From Squalus acanthias (Eukaryota), in assembly GCA_030390025.1 (NCBI GenBank), contig CM059431.1, forward strand, positions 144,834,001-144,898,000: 64,000 nt of DNA, written 5' to 3'. The notes beneath the pieces were generated by a model. It was not told the origin of the DNA. It made no database searches and saw only the letters and a list, made by a program, of their open reading frames with translations. The translations under genes were made by a program, and so were the position numbers. Every line of letters begins with the position of its first letter. The stretch's first letter is position 1. Shown piece after piece: positions 13,897 to 29,032 of this stretch.

Positions 13897-16800
13897 TTCC
13901 CAGTCCCACTGGTACACGCATTCTGACAGATTCCAGTCTCAAGGGTTCACACACTCTGTCAAATCCCAGTCCCACGGGTTCCTGTACTCTGCCAGTTTCC
14001 AGTCCCACGGGTTCCCACACTCTGTCAGATCCCAGTCTCACGGGTTCCAGCAGTCTGCCAGTTTCCAGTCCCACGGGTTCCCACACTCTGTCAGATCCCA
14101 GTCTCACGGGTTCCCCCACTCTGCCAGTTCACAGTCCGATGGGTTCCCGCACCCTGCAAGTTCCCAGTCCCACGGGTTCCAGCACTCTGCCAAATCCGAG
14201 TCTCACGGCTTCCCGCACTCTGCCAGTTCCCTGTCCCACGGGTTCCCAAACTCTGGCACTTCCCAGTCCAACGGATTCCTGCACTCTGCCAGTTCCCAGT
14301 CCCAAGGGTTCCCACACTCTGCCAGTTCCCAGTCCCACGTTTACCCCCACTCTGCCAGTTCCCAGTCCCACGGGTCCCAAACTCTGGCATTTCCCAGTCC
14401 AACGGATTCCTGCACTATGCCAGTTCCCAGTCCCACGGGTCCCCGCACTCTGCCAGTTCCCAGTCCCACGGGTTCCCGCACTCTGCCAGATCCCAGTCCC
14501 ACGGGTTCCCGCACTCTGCCTGATCCCAGTCCCACGGGTACCCACAGTCTGCCAGATCGCAGTCCCACGGGTTCCCACACTCTGCCTGATCCCAGTCCCA
14601 CGGGTACCCACACTCTGCCAGTTCCCAGTCCCACGGGTACCCACACTCTGCCAGTTCCCAGTCCCACGGGTTCCCACAATCTGTCAGATTCCAGTCCCAC
14701 GTGTTCCCACACTCTGCAAGATCCTAGTCCCACGTGTACCCACACTCTGTCTGATCCCAGTCCCACGGGTACCCGCACCCTGCCAGTTCCCATTCCCACG
14801 TGTATCCACACTCTGCCAGTTCCCAGTCCCACGGGTTCCCGCACCCTGCCAGTTTCCAGTCCCACGGGTTCCCACAATCTGTCAGATCCCAGACTCACGG
14901 GTTCCCACAATCTGTCTGATCCCAGTCCCACGGGTTCCCGCACTCTGTCAGAGCCCAGTCTCACGGGTTCCCGCACTCTGCCAGTTCCCAATCCCACGGG
15001 TTCCCGCACTCTGCCAGTTCCCAGTCCCACGGGTTCCCACACTCTGCCAGTTCCCAGTCCCACTGGTACACGCATTCTGACAGATTCCAGCCTCAAGGTT
15101 TTCCGCACTCTGCCACATCCCAGTCACACGTGTACCCACATTCTGTCAAATCGCAGTCCACGGATTCCAGCACCCTGCCAGTTCCCAGTCCCACGTGTAC
15201 CCACATTCTGCCAGTTCCCAGTCCCACGGGTTCCCGCACTCTGCCAGATCCCAGTCCCACGGGTTCCCCCACTCTGCCAGTTCCCAGTCGCACGGGTTCC
15301 CACACTCTGCCTGATCCCAGTCCCACGGGTTCCCACACTCTGCTAGATCCCAGTCCCACGAGTTCCCACACTCTGCCAGATCCCAATCCCACGGGTTCCC
15401 GCACTCTGCCAGTTTCCAGTCCCACGGGTTCCCGCACTCTGTCAGATCCCAGTCTCACGGGTTCCCGCACCCTGCCAGTTCCCAGTCCCATGGGTTCCCG
15501 CACTCTGCTAAATCCTAGTCCCACGGGTTCCCGCACTCTGCCTGAACCCAGTCCCACGGATTCCTGCAGTCTGCCATTTCCCAGTCCCACGGGTTCACAA
15601 ACTCTGTAATTTCCCAGTCCAACGGGTTCCCCCACTCTGTCAGATCCCAGTCTCACGGGTTCCCGCACCCTGCCAGTTCCCAGTCCCACGGGTTCCCGCA
15701 CTCTGCTAAATCCTAGTCCCACGGGTTCCCGCACTCTGCCTGAACCCAGTCCCACGGATTCCTGCAGTCTGCCAGTTCCCAGTCCCACGGGTTCACCAAC
15801 TCTGTAATTTCCCAGTCCAACGGGTTCCCCACTCTGCCAGATCCCAGTCTCACGGGTTCCCGCACCCTGCCAGTTCCCAGTCCCATGGGTTCCCGCACTC
15901 TGCTAAATCCTAGTCCCACGGGTTCCCGCACTCTGCCTGAACCCAGTCCCACGGATTCCTGCAGTCTGCCATTTCCCAGTCCCACGGGTTCACAATTCTG
16001 TAATTTCCCAGTCCAACGTGTTCCCCCACTCTGCCAGATCCCAGTCTCACGGGTTCCCGCACCCTGCCAGTTTCCAGTCCCACGGGTTCCCGCACTCTGT
16101 CAGATCCCAGTCTCACGGGTTCCCGCACCCTGCCAGTTCCCAGACCCACGGATTCCTGCACTCTGCCAGATCCCAGTCTCACGGTTTCCCGCACTCTGCC
16201 AGATCCCAGTCCCACGGGTTCCCGCACTCTGCCAGATCCCAGTCCCACGGGTTCCAGCACTCTGCCAAATCCGAGTCTCACGGCTTCCCGCACTCTGCCA
16301 GTTCCCTGTCCCACGGGTTCCCAAACTCTGGCACTTCCCAGTCCAACGGATTCCTGCACTCTGCCAGTTCACAGTCCCAAGGGTTCCCACACTCTGCCAG
16401 TTCCCAGTCCCACGGGTTCCCACACTCTGCCAGTTCCCAGTCCCACTGGTACACGCATTCTGACAGATTCCAGTCTCAAGGGTTCACACACTCTGTCAAA
16501 TCCCAGTCCCACGGGTTCCTGTACTCTGCCAGTTTCCAGTCCCACGGGTTCCCACACTCTGTCAGATCCCAGTCTCACGGGTTCCAGCAGTCTGCCAGTT
16601 TCCAGTCCCACGGGTTCCCACACTCTGTCAGATCCCAGTCTCACGGGTTCCCCCACTCTGCCAGTTCACAGTCCGATGGGTTCCCGCACCCTGCAAGTTC
16701 CCAGTCCCACGGGTTCCAGCACTCTGCCAAATCCGAGTCTCACGGCTTCCCGCACTCTGCCAGTTCCCTGTCCCACGGGTTCCCAAACTCTGGCACTTCC

Positions 16801-19800
16801 CAGTCCAACGGATTCCTGCACTCTGCCAGTTCCCAGTCCCAAGGGTTCCCACACTCTGCCAGTTCCCAGTCCCACGGGTTCCCACACTCTGCCAGTTCCC
16901 AGTCCCACTGGTACACGCATTCTGACAGATTCCAGTCTCAAGGGTTCACACACTCTGTCAAATCCCAGTCCCACGGGTTCCTGTACTCTGCCAGTTTCCA
17001 GTCCCACGGGTTCCCACACTCTGTCAGATCCCAGTCTCACGGGTTCCAGCAGTCTGCCAGTTTCCAGTCCCACGGGTTCCCACACTCTGTCAGATCCCAG
17101 TCTCACGGGTTCCCCCACTCTGCCAGTTCACAGTCCGATGGGTTCCCGCACCCTGCAAGTTCCCAGTCCCACGGGTTCCCACTCTCTGCCAAATGCGAGT
17201 CTCACGGCTTCCCGCACTCTGCCAGTTCTCAGTCCCACGGGTTCCCCAACTCTGCCAGTTCCCAGTCCCACGGTTTCCCAAACTCTGGCACTTCCCAGTT
17301 CAACGGATTCCTGCACTCTGCCAGTTCACAGTCCCACGGGACCCGCGCTCTGCCAGTTCCCAGTCCCACGGGTCCCCGCACTCTGTCTGATCCCAGTCCC
17401 ACGGGATCCAACACTCTGCCAGTTCCCATTCCCACGGTTTCCCACACTCTGCCAGTTCCCAGTCCCACTGGTACACGCATTCTGACAGATTCCAGTCCCA
17501 CGGGTTCCCGCACTCTGTCTGATCCCAGTCCCACGGGTTCCAACACTCCGCCAGTTCCCAGTCCCACGGGTTCCCACACTCTGCCAGTTCCCAGTTCCAC
17601 TGGTACACGCATTCTGACAGATTCAAGTCTCAAGTGTTCCCACACTCTGTTAATCCCAGTCCCACGGGTTCCCGTACTCTGCCAGATCCCAGTCTCACGG
17701 GTTCCCACTCTCTGCCAGATCCCAGTCCCACGGGTTCCCGCACTCTGCCAGATCACAGTCTCACGGCTTCCCGCACTCTGCCAGATCCCAGTCCCACGGA
17801 TTCCCGCACTCTGCCAGGTTCCAGTCCCACGGGTTCCCACACTCTGTCAGATCCCAGTCTCACGGGTTCCAGCACTCTGCCAGTTCCCAGTCCCAGGGAT
17901 TCCTGCACTCTGCCAGTTCCCAGTCCCACGTTTACCCCCACTCTGCCAGTTCCCAGTCCCACGGGTCCCAAACTCTGGCATTTCCCAGTCCAACGGATTC
18001 CTGCACTATGCCAGTTCCCAGTCCCACGGGTCCCCGCACTCTGCCAGTTCCCAGTCCCACGGGTTCCCGCACTCTGCCAGATCCCAGTCCCACGGGTTCC
18101 CGCACTCTGCCTGATCCCAGTCCCACGGGTACCCACAGTCTGCCAGATCGCAGTCCCACGGGTTCCCGCACTCTGCCAGATCCCAGTCCCACAGGTTCCC
18201 GCACTCTGCCAGATCGCAGTCCCACGGGTTCCCACACTCTGCCTGATCCCAGTCCCACGGGTACCCACACTCTGCCAGTTCCCAGTCCCACGGGTTCCCA
18301 CACTCTGCCAGTTCCCAGTCCCACTGGTACACGCATTCTGACAGATTCCAGTCTCAAGGGTTCACACACTCTGTCAAATCCCAGTCCCACGGGTTCCTGT
18401 ACTCTGCCAGTTTCCAGTCCCACGGGTTCCCACACTCTGTCAGATCCCAGTCTCACGGGTTCCAGCAGTCTGCCAGTTTCCAGTCCCACGGGTTCCCACA
18501 CTCTGTCAGATCCCAGTCTCACGGGTTCCCCCACTCTGCCAGTTCACAGTCCGATGGGTTCCCGCACCCTGCAAGTTCCCAGTTCCACGGCTTCCCGCAC
18601 TCTGCCAGTTCCCTGTCCCACGGGTTCCCAAACTCTGGCACTTCCCAGTCCAACGGATTCCTGCACTCTGCCAGTTCCCAGTCCCAAGGGTTCCCACACT
18701 CTGCCAGTTCCCAGTCCCACGTTTACCCCCACTCTGCCAGTTCCCAGTCCCACGGGTCCCAAACTCTGGCATTTCCCAGTCCAACGGATTCCTGCACTCT
18801 GCCAGATCCCAGTCCCACGGGTTCCCGCACTCTGCCTGATCCCAGTCCCACGGGTACCCACAGTCTGCCAGATCGCAGTCCCACGGGTTCCCACACTCTG
18901 CCTGATCCCAGTCCCACGGGTACCCACACTCTGCCAGTTCCCAGTCCCACGGGTACCCACACTCTGCCAGTTCCCAGTCCCACGGGTTCCCACAATCTGT
19001 CAGATTCCAGTCCCACGTGTTCCCACACTCTGCAAGATCCTAGTCCCACGTGTACCCACACTCTGTCTGATCCCAGTCCCACGGGTACCCGCACCCTGCC
19101 AGTTCCCATTCCCACGTGTATCCACACTCTGCCAGTTCCCAGTCCCACGGGTTCCCGCACCCTGCCAGTTTCCAGTCCCACGGGTTCCCACAATCTGTCA
19201 GATCCCAGACTCACGGGTTCCCACAATCTGTCTGATCCCAGTCCCACGGGTTCCCGCACTCTGTCAGAGCCCAGTCTCACGGGTTCCCGCACTCTGCCAG
19301 TTCCCAATCCCACGGGTTCCCGCACTCTGCCAGTTCCCAGTCCCACGGGTTCCCACACTCTGCCAGTTTCCAGTCCCACTGGTACACGCATTCTGACAGA
19401 TTCCAGCCTCAAGGTTTTCCGCACTCTGCCACATCCCAGTCCCATGGGTTCCCGCACTCTGCTAAATCCTAGTCCCACGGGTTCCCGCACTCTGCCTGAA
19501 CCCAGTCCCACGGATTCCTGCAGTCTGCCATTTCCCAGTCCCACGGGTTCACAATTTCTGTAATTTCCCAGTCCAACGGGTTCCCCCACTCTGCCAGATC
19601 CCAGTCTCACGGGTTCCCGCACCCTGCCAGTTTCCAGTCCCACGGGTTCCCGCACTCTGTCAGATCCCAGTCTCACGGGTTCCCGCACCCTGCCAGTTCC
19701 CAGACCCACGGATTCCTGCACTCTGCCAGATCCCAGTCTCACGGTTTCCCGCACTCTGCCAGATCCCAGTCCCACGGGTTCCCGCACTCTGCCAGATCCC

Positions 19801-22800
19801 AGTCCCACGTTTACCCCCACTCTGCCAGTTCCCAGTCCCACGGGTCCATAACTCTGGCATTTCCCAGTCCAACGGATTCCTGCACTATGCCAGTTCCCAG
19901 TCCCACGGGTCCCCGCACTCTGCCAGTTCCCAGTCCCACGGGTTCCCGCACTCTGCCAGATCCCAGTCCCACGGGTTCCCGCACTCTGCCTGATCCCAGT
20001 CCCACGGGTACCCACACTCTGCCAGATCGCAGTCCCACGGGTTCCCACACTCTGCCTGATCCCAGTCCCACGGGTACCCACACTCTGCCAGTTCCCAGTC
20101 CCACGGGTACCCACACTCTGCCAGTTCCCAGTCCCACGGGTTCCCACAATCTGTCAGATTCCAGTCCCACGTGTTCCCACACTCTGCAAGATCCTAGTCC
20201 CACGTGTACCCACACTCTGTCTGATCCCAGTCCCACGGGTACCCGCACCCTGCCAGTTCCCATTCCCACGTGTATCCACACTCTGCCAGTTCCCAGTCCC
20301 ACGGGTTCCCGCACCCTGCCAGTTTCCAGTCCCACGGGTTCCCACAATCTGTCAGATCCCAGACTCACGGGTTCCCACAATCTGTCTGATCCCAGTCCCA
20401 CGGGTTCCCGCACTCTGTCAGAGCCCAGTCTCACGGGTTCCCGCACTCTGCCAGTTCCCAATCCCACGGGTTCCCGCACTCTGCCAGTTCCCAGTCCCAC
20501 GGGTTCCCACACTCTGCCAGTTCCCAGTCCCACTGGTACACGCATTCTGACAGATTCCAGCCTCAAGGTTTTCCGCACTCTGCCACATCCCAGTCACACG
20601 TGTACCCACATTCTGTCAAATCGCAGTCCACGGATTCCAGCACCCTGCCAGTTCCCAGTCCCACGTGTACCCACATTCTGCCAGTTCCCAGTCCCACGGG
20701 TTCCCGCACTCTGCCAGATCCCAGTCCCACGGGTTCCCCCACTCTGCCAGTTCCCAGTCGCACGGGTTCCCACACTCTGCCTGATCCCAGTCCCACGGGT
20801 TCCCACACTCTGCTAGATCCCAGTCCCACGAGTTCCCACACTCTGCCAGATCCCAATCCCACGGGTTCCCGCACTCTGCCAGTTTACAGTCCCCCGGGTC
20901 CCCGCACTCTGCCAGATCAGAATCCCACGGGTTCCCGCTCTCTGTCAGATCCCAGTCTCACGGGAAGCTGCACTTTGCCAGCTTCCAGTCCCACGGGTTC
21001 CCACAATCTGTCAAATCCCAGTCTCACGGGTTCCCACTCTCTGCCAGATCCCAGTCCCACGGGTTTCCGCACTCTGTCAGATCCCAGTCCCACTGGTACA
21101 CGCATTCTGACAGATTCCAGTCGCAAGGTTTCCCACAATCTGTCAGATCACAGTCCACAGGTTCCCCCACTCTGCCAGTTCCCAGTCCCACGGGTTCCCA
21201 AACTCTGGCACTTCCCAGTCTCACGGGTTCCCACAATCTGTCTGATCCCAGTCCCACGGGTTCCCACAATCTGTCAGATCACAGTCCACAGGTTCCCGCA
21301 CTCTGCCAGATCCCAGTCCCACGGGTTCCCACAATCTGCCAGTTCCCAGTCTCACGGGTTCCCACAATCTGTCTGATCCCAGTCCCACGGGTTCCCACAC
21401 TCTGCCAGATCCCAGTCTCACGGGTTCCCACTCTCTACCAGATCCCAGTCCCACGGGTTCCCGCACTCTGTCAGATGCCAGTCTCACGGGTTCCAGCACT
21501 CTGCCAGTTCCCAGTCCCATGGGTTCCCACACTCTGCCAGTTCCCAGTCCCACGGGTTCCCGCACTCTGCCAGATCCCAGTCTCACGGGTTCCCACACTC
21601 TGCCAGATCCCAGTCCCACGGGTTCCCAAACTCTGGCACTTCCCAGTCCAACGGATTCCTGCACTCTGCCAGTTCAAAGTCCCACGGGTTCCCAAATCTG
21701 TCAGATTCCAGTCTCACGGGTTCCCACAATCTGTCTGATCCCAGTGTCACGGGTTCCCGGACTCTGTCAAATCCCAGTCCCACGGGTTCCTGTACTCTGC
21801 CAGTTTCCAGTCCCACGGGTTCCCACACTCTGTCAGATCCCAGTCTCACGGGTTCCAGCAGTCTGCCAGTTTCCAGTCCCACGGGTTCCCACACTCTGTC
21901 AGATCCCAGTCTCACGGGTTCCCCCACTCTGCCAGTTCACAGTCCGATGGGTTCCCGCACCCTGCAAGTTCCCAGTCCCACGGGTTCCCACTCTCTGCCA
22001 AATGCGAGTCTCACGGCTTCCCGCACTCTGCCAGTTCTCAGTCCCACGGGTTCCCCAACTCTGCCAGTTCCCAGTCCCACGGTTTCCCAAACTCTGGCAC
22101 TTCCCAGTTCAACGGATTCCTGCACTCTGCCAGTTCACAGTCCCACGGGACCCGCGCTCTGCCAGTTCCCAGTCCCACGGGTCCCCGCACTCTGTCTGAT
22201 CCCAGTCCCACGGGATCCAACACTCTGCCAGTTCCCATTCCCACGGTTTCCCACACTCTGCCAGTTCCCAGTCCCACTGGTACACGCATTCTGACAGATT
22301 CCAGTCCCACGGGTTCCCGCACTCTGTCTGATCCCAGTCCCACGGGTTCCAACACTCCGCCAGTTCCCAGTCCCACGGGTTCCCACACTCTGCCAGTTCC
22401 CAGTTCCACTGGTACACGCATTCTGACAGATTCAAGTCTCAAGTGTTCCCACACTCTGTTAATCCCAGTCCCACGGGTTCCCGTACTCTGCCAGATCCCA
22501 GTCTCACGGGTTCCCACTCTCTGCCAGATCCCAGTCCCACGGGTTCCCGCACTCTGCCAGATCACAGTCTCACGGCTTCCCGCACTCTGCCAGATCCCAG
22601 TCCCACGGATTCCCGCACTCTGCCAGGTTCCAGTCCCACGGGTTCCCACACTCTGTCAGATCCCAGTCTCACGGGTTCCAGCACTCTGCCAGTTCCCAGT
22701 CCCAGGGATTCCTGCACTCTGCCAGTTCCCAGTCCCACGTTTACCCCCACTCTGCCAGTTCCCAGTCCCACGGGTCCCAAACTCTGGCATTTCCCAGTCC

Positions 22801-25800
22801 AACGGATTCCTGCACTATGCCAGTTCCCAGTCCCACGGGTCCCCGCACTCTGCCAGTTCCCAGTCCCACGGGTTCCCGCACTCTGCCAGATCCCAGTCCC
22901 ACGGGTTCCCGCACTCTGCCTGATCCCAGTCCCACGGGTACCCACACTCTGCCAGATCGCAGTCCCACGGGTTCCCACACTCTGCCTGATCCCAGTCCCA
23001 CGGGTACCCACACTCTGCCAGTTCCCAGTCCCACGGGTACCCACACTCTGCCAGTTCCCAGTCCCACGGGTTCCCACAATCTGTCAGATTCCAGTCCCAC
23101 GTGTTCCCACACTCTGCAAGATCCTAGTCCCACGTGTACCCACACTCTGTCTGATCCCAGTCCCACGGGTACCCGCACCCTGCCAGTTCCCATTCCCACG
23201 TGTATCCACACTCTGCCAGTTCCCAGTCCCACGGGTTCCCGCACCCTGCCAGTTTCCAGTCCCACGGGTTCCCACAATCTGTCAGATCCCAGACTCACGG
23301 GTTCCCACAATCTGTCTGATCCCAGTCCCACGGGTTCCCGCACTCTGTCAGAGCCCAGTCTCACGGGTTCCCGCACTCTGCCAGTTCCCAATCCCACGGG
23401 TTCCCGCACTCTGCCAGTTCCCAGTCCCACGGGTTCCCACACTCTGCCAGTTCCCAGTCCCACTGGTACATGCATTCTGACAGATTCCAGCCTCAAGGTT
23501 TTCCGCACTCTGCCACATCCCAGTCACACGTGTACCCACATTCTGTCAAATCGCAGTCCACGGATTCCAGCACCCTGCCAGTTCCCAGTCCCACGTGTAC
23601 CCACATTCTGCCAGTTCCCAGTCCCACGGGTTCCCGCACTCTGCCAGATCCCAGTCCCACGGGTTCCCCCACTCTGCCAGTTCCCAGTCGCACGGGTTCC
23701 CACACTCTGCCAGTTCCCAGTCGCACGGGTTCCCACACTCTGCTAGATCCCAGTCCCACGAGTTCCCACACTCTGCCAGATCCCAATCCCACGGGTTCCC
23801 GCACTCTGCCAGTTTACAGTCCCCCGGGTCCCCGCACTCTGCCAGATCAGAATCCCACGGGTTCCCGCTCTCTGTCAGATCCCAGTCTCACGGGAAGCTG
23901 CACTTTGCCAGCTTCCAGTCCCACGGGTTCCCACAATCTGTCAAATCCCAGTCTCACGGGTTCCCACTCTCTGCCAGATCCCAGTCCCACGGGTTTCCGC
24001 ACTCTGTCAGATCCCAGTCCCACTGGTACACGCATTCTGACAGATTCCAGTCGCAAGGTTTCCCACAATCTGTCAGATCACAGTCCACAGGTTCCCCCAC
24101 TCTGCCAGTTCCCAGTCCCACGGGTTCCCAAACTCTGGCACTTCCCAGTCTCACGGGTTCCCACAATCTGTCTGATCCCAGTCCCACGGGTTCCCACAAT
24201 CTGTCAGATCACAGTCCACAGGTTCCCGCACTCTGCCAGATCCCAGTCCCACGGGTTCCCACAATCTGCCAGTTCCCAGTCTCACGGGTTCCCACAATCT
24301 GTCTGATCCCAGTCCCACGGGTTCCCACACTCTGCCAGATCCCAGTCTCACGGGTTCCCACTCTCTACCAGATCCCAGTCCCACGGGTTCCCGCACTCTG
24401 TCAGATGCCAGTCTCACGGGTTCCAGCACTCTGCCAGTTCCCAGTCCCATGGGTTCCCACACTCTGCCAGTTCCCAGTCCCACGGGTTCCCGCACTCTGC
24501 CAGATCCCAGTCTCACGGGTTCCCACACTCTGCCAGATCCCAGTCCCACGGGTTCCCAAACTCTGGCACTTCCCAGTCCAACGGATTCCTGCACTCTGCC
24601 AGTTCAAAGTCCCACGGGTTCCCACAATCTGTCAGATTCCAGTCTCACGGGTTCCCACCATCTGTCTGATCCCAGTGTCACGGGTTCCCGGACTCTGCCA
24701 GATCCCAGTCCCACGGGTTCCCGCACCCTGCCAGTTCCCAGTCCCACGGGCTCCCGCACTCTGTCAGATCCCAGTCTCACGGATAGCTGCACTCTGCCAG
24801 TTTCCACCCACGGGTTCAAACAATCTGTCAAATCCCAGTCTCACGGGTTCCCACAATCTGTCTGATCCCAGTCCCACGGGTTCCCGCACTCTGCCAGATC
24901 CCAGTCTCACGGGTTCCCATTCTCTGCCAGTTTCCAGTCCCACGGGTTCCCGCACCCTGCTAGTTCCCAGTCCCAAGGGTACCCGCACTCTGTCAGATCC
25001 CAGTCTCATGGGATCCCACTCTCTGCCAGTTTCCAGTCCCACGGGTTCCCACAATCTGTCTGATCCCAGTCCCACGGGTTCCCGGACTCTTCCAGATCCC
25101 AGTCTCACGGGTTGCCACTCTCTGCCAGATCCCTGTCCCACGAGTTCCAGCACTCTGCCAGTTTACAGTCCCACGGATTCCCGCACTCTGTCAGATGCGA
25201 GTCTCACGGGTTCCAGCACTCTGCCAGTTCCCAGTCCCACGGGTTACCACACTCTGTCATTTTCAAGTCCCACGTGTACCCGCACTCTGCCAGATTCCAG
25301 TCTCACGGGTTCCCGCACTCTGCCAGTTCCCAGTCCCACGGGTTCCCCCACTCTGCCAGCGCAGAATCCCACGGGTTCCCACACTCTGCCAGTTCCAAGT
25401 TCCACTGGTACACGCATTCTGACAGGTTCCTGTCTCAATGTTTCCCACAATCTGTCAGATTCCAGTCGCACGGGTTCCTGCACTCTGCCAGATCCCAGTC
25501 CCACGTGTACCCACACTCTGTCAGATCACAGTCCACGGATTTCCGCACCCTGCCAGTTCCAAGTCCCACGTGTACCCATACACTGTCAGATCCCAGTCCC
25601 ACGGGTTCCCTCACCCTGCCAGTTCCCAGTCCCACGGGTTCCCACAATCTGTCAAATCCCGGTCTCACGGGTTCCCACAATCTGTCTGATCTTAGTCCCA
25701 CGGGTTCCCGCACTCTGCCAGATCCCAGTCTCACGGGTTCCCACTCTCTGCCAGTTTCCAGTCCCACGGGTTCCCCCACTCTGCCAGTTTCCAGTCCCAC

Positions 25801-28800
25801 GGGTTCCCACACTCTGGCACTTCCCAGTCCCACGGGTTCCCACACTCTGCCAGCTCAGAATCCCACGGGTTCCCACACTCTGCCAGTTCCCAGTCCCACT
25901 GGTACACGCATTCTGACAGATTCCAGTCTCAAGGTTTCCCACAATCTGTCAGATTCCAGTCCCACGAGTTCCCGCACTCTGCAAGATCCCAGTCCCACGT
26001 GTACCCACACTCTGTAAATCCCAGTCCCACGGGTTCCCGCTCCCTGCCAGTTGCCATTCCCACGGGTTCCAGCACTCTGTCAGATCCCAGTCTCACGGGT
26101 AGCTGCACTCTGCCAGTTTCCAGTCCTACGTGTACCCACACTCTGTCAGATCTCAGTCCCACGGGATCCGCACTCTGCCAGTTCCCAGTCCCACGGGTTC
26201 CCCCACTCTGCCAGTTCCCCGTCCCCCGGGTTCCCAAACTCTGGCACTTCCCAGTCCAACGGGTTCCCGCACTCTGCCAGTTCACAGTCCCACGGGTTCC
26301 CACACTCTGCCAGATCCCAGTACCACGGGTTCCCGCACTCTGCCAGATCCCAGTCCCATGGGATCCGCACTCTGCCAGTTCCCAGTCTCACGGTTAGCTG
26401 CACTCTGCCAGTTTCCAGTCCCACGGTTTCCCCCTCTCTGCCAGTTCCCAGTCCCACGGGTTCCCACAATCTGTCAAATCCCACTCTCACGGGTTCCCAC
26501 AATCTGTCTGATCCCAGTCCCACGGGTTCCCACAATCTGTCAAATCCCAGTCTCACGGGTTCCCACAATCTGTCTGATCCCAGTCCCACGGGTTCCCGGA
26601 CTCTTCCAGATCCCAGTCTCACGGGTTCCCACTCTCTGCCAGATCCCTGTCCCACGAGTTCCAGCACTCTGCCAGTTTACAGTCCCACGGGTTCCCACAC
26701 TCTGCCATTTTCCAGTCCCACGTGTACCCGCACTCTGCCAGATTCCAGTCTCACGGGTTCCCGCACTCTGCCAGTTCCCAGTCCCACGGGTTCCCACACT
26801 CTGCCATTTTCCAGTCCCACGTGTACCCGCACTCTGCCAGATCCCAGTCCCACGGGTTCCCGCACTGTCCCAGTTCCCAGTCCCACTGGTACACGCATTC
26901 TGACAGATTCCAGTCTCAAGGTTTCCCACAATCTGTCAGATTCCAGTCCCACGGGTTCCCTCACCCTGCCAGTTCCCAGTCCCACGGGTTCCCGCACTCT
27001 ACCAGATCCCAGTCTCACGTGTTCCCACTCTCTGCCAGTTTCCAGTCCCATGGGTTCCCACACTCTGCCAGATCAGAATCCCACGGTTTCCCACAGTCTG
27101 CCAGTTCCCAGTCCCACGGGTTCCCGCACTCTGTCAGATCCCAGTCCCACGGGATCCGCACTCTTCCAGTTCCCAGTCCCACGGGTTCCCGCACTCTGTC
27201 AGATCCCAGTTAAACGGGATCCGCACTCTGCCAGTTCCCAGTCCCACGGATTCCCGCACTCTACCAGATCCCATTCCCAAGGTTTTCCCGCACTCTGCCA
27301 GATCCCATTCCCACGGGTTCCCGCACTCTGCCAGATCCCAGTCTCACGGGATCCCACTCTCTGCCAGTTTCTAGTCCCATGGGTTCCCACACTCTGCCAG
27401 ATCAGAATCCCACGGGTTCCCACAGTCTGCCAGTTCCCAGTTCCACGGGTTTCCGCACTCTGTCAGATCCCAGTCCCACGGGATCCGCACTCTGCCAGTT
27501 CCCAGTCCCACGGGTTCCCGCACTCTGTCAGATCCCAGTCCCACGGGATCCGCACTCTGCCAGTTCCCAGTCCCACGGATTCCCGCACTCTGCCAGATCC
27601 CAATCCCAAGGTTTTCCCGCACTCTGCCAGATCCCATTCCCAGGGGTTCCCACACTCTGCCAGATCCCAGTACCACGGGTTCCCGCACTCTGCCAGATCC
27701 CAGTCTCACGGATTCCCACACTCTGCCAGATCCCAGTCTCACGGATTCCCACACTCTGCCAGTTCCCAGTCCCACGGATTCCCGCACTCTGCCAGTTCCC
27801 AGTCCCACGGGATCCGCACTCTGCCAGTTCCCAGTCCCACGGATTCCCGCACTCTGCCAGATCCCAATCCCAAGGTTTTCCCGCACTCTGCCAGATCCCA
27901 TTCCCAGGGGTTCCCACACTCTGCCAGATCCCAGTACCACGGGTTCCCGCACTCTGCCAGATCCCAGTCTCACGGATTCCCACACTCTGCCAGATCCCAG
28001 TCTCACGGATTCCCACACTCTGCCAGTTCCCAGTCCCACGGATTCCCGCACTCTGCCAGTTCCCAGTCCCACGGATTCCCGCACTCTGCCAGTTTCCAGT
28101 CTCATGTGTTCCCGCACATTGCCAGATCCCAATCCCACGCATTCCCGCACTCTGCCAGTTTCCAGTCCCACAGGTTTCCGCACTCTGGCAGTTCCCAGTC
28201 TCACGGGTTCCCGCACTCTGCCAGATCCCAGGCCCACGGGTTCCCGCATTCTGCCAGATTCCAGGCCCACGGGTTCCCACATTCTGCCAGTTTCCAGTCT
28301 CACGTTTTCCCACACTCTGCCAGTTTCCAGTCTCACGTGTTCCCACACTAATCCAGAACCCATTCCCTCGGTTTCCAACACTCAGCCAGATCCCAGGCCC
28401 ACGGGTTCCCGCACTCTGCCAGTTCCCAGTCCCACCGCTTCCCGCACTCTGCCAGTTCCCATTCCCGCGGTTTCCCAGACTCTGCCAGTTCCCAGTCCCA
28501 CAGGTACCCGCACTCTGCCTTTTTCCAGTCCCACGGGTTCCCGCACTCTGCTAGATTCCAGTCGCACGAGTACCCACAATCTACCAGTTTCCAGTCTCAC
28601 GGGTCACCGCACTCTGCCAGATCCCAGTCTCACGAGATCCCGCACTCTGCCAGTTTCCAGTCCCACGGGTTGCCACATCTGTCGTATCCCAGTCACACGG
28701 GTTCCCGCAGTCTGCCAGTTTCCAGTCTCACGTGTTCCCACACTCTGTCGGATTCCATTCACACGGGTTCCCACACTCTGCCAGTTTCCAGTCCCACGGG

Positions 28801-29030
28801 TTCCCGCACATTTCCAGATCACAGTCCCACGGGTTCCCGCACTCTGCCAGATGCCAGTCTCACGGGTTCCCACACTCTGTCGGATTCCATTCACACGGGT
28901 TCCCACACTCTGCCAGTTTCCAGTCCCATGGGTTCCCGCACATTTCCAGATCACAGTCCCACGGGTTCCCGCACTCTGCTAGATGCCAGTCTCACGGGTT
29001 CCCACACTCTGCCAGTTCACAGTCCCAAGC
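13897..29030. repeat. 33-bp minisatellite, main block (~460 units), with higher-order repeats
   Basis: Consensus CCCAGTCCCACGGGTTCCCGCACTCTGCCAG(T/A)T. Variant units recur in identical order at several offsets (198, 264, 462, 2930, 4809, 5470 bp). Confidence 0.98.
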
Positions 29031-29032
29031 TT

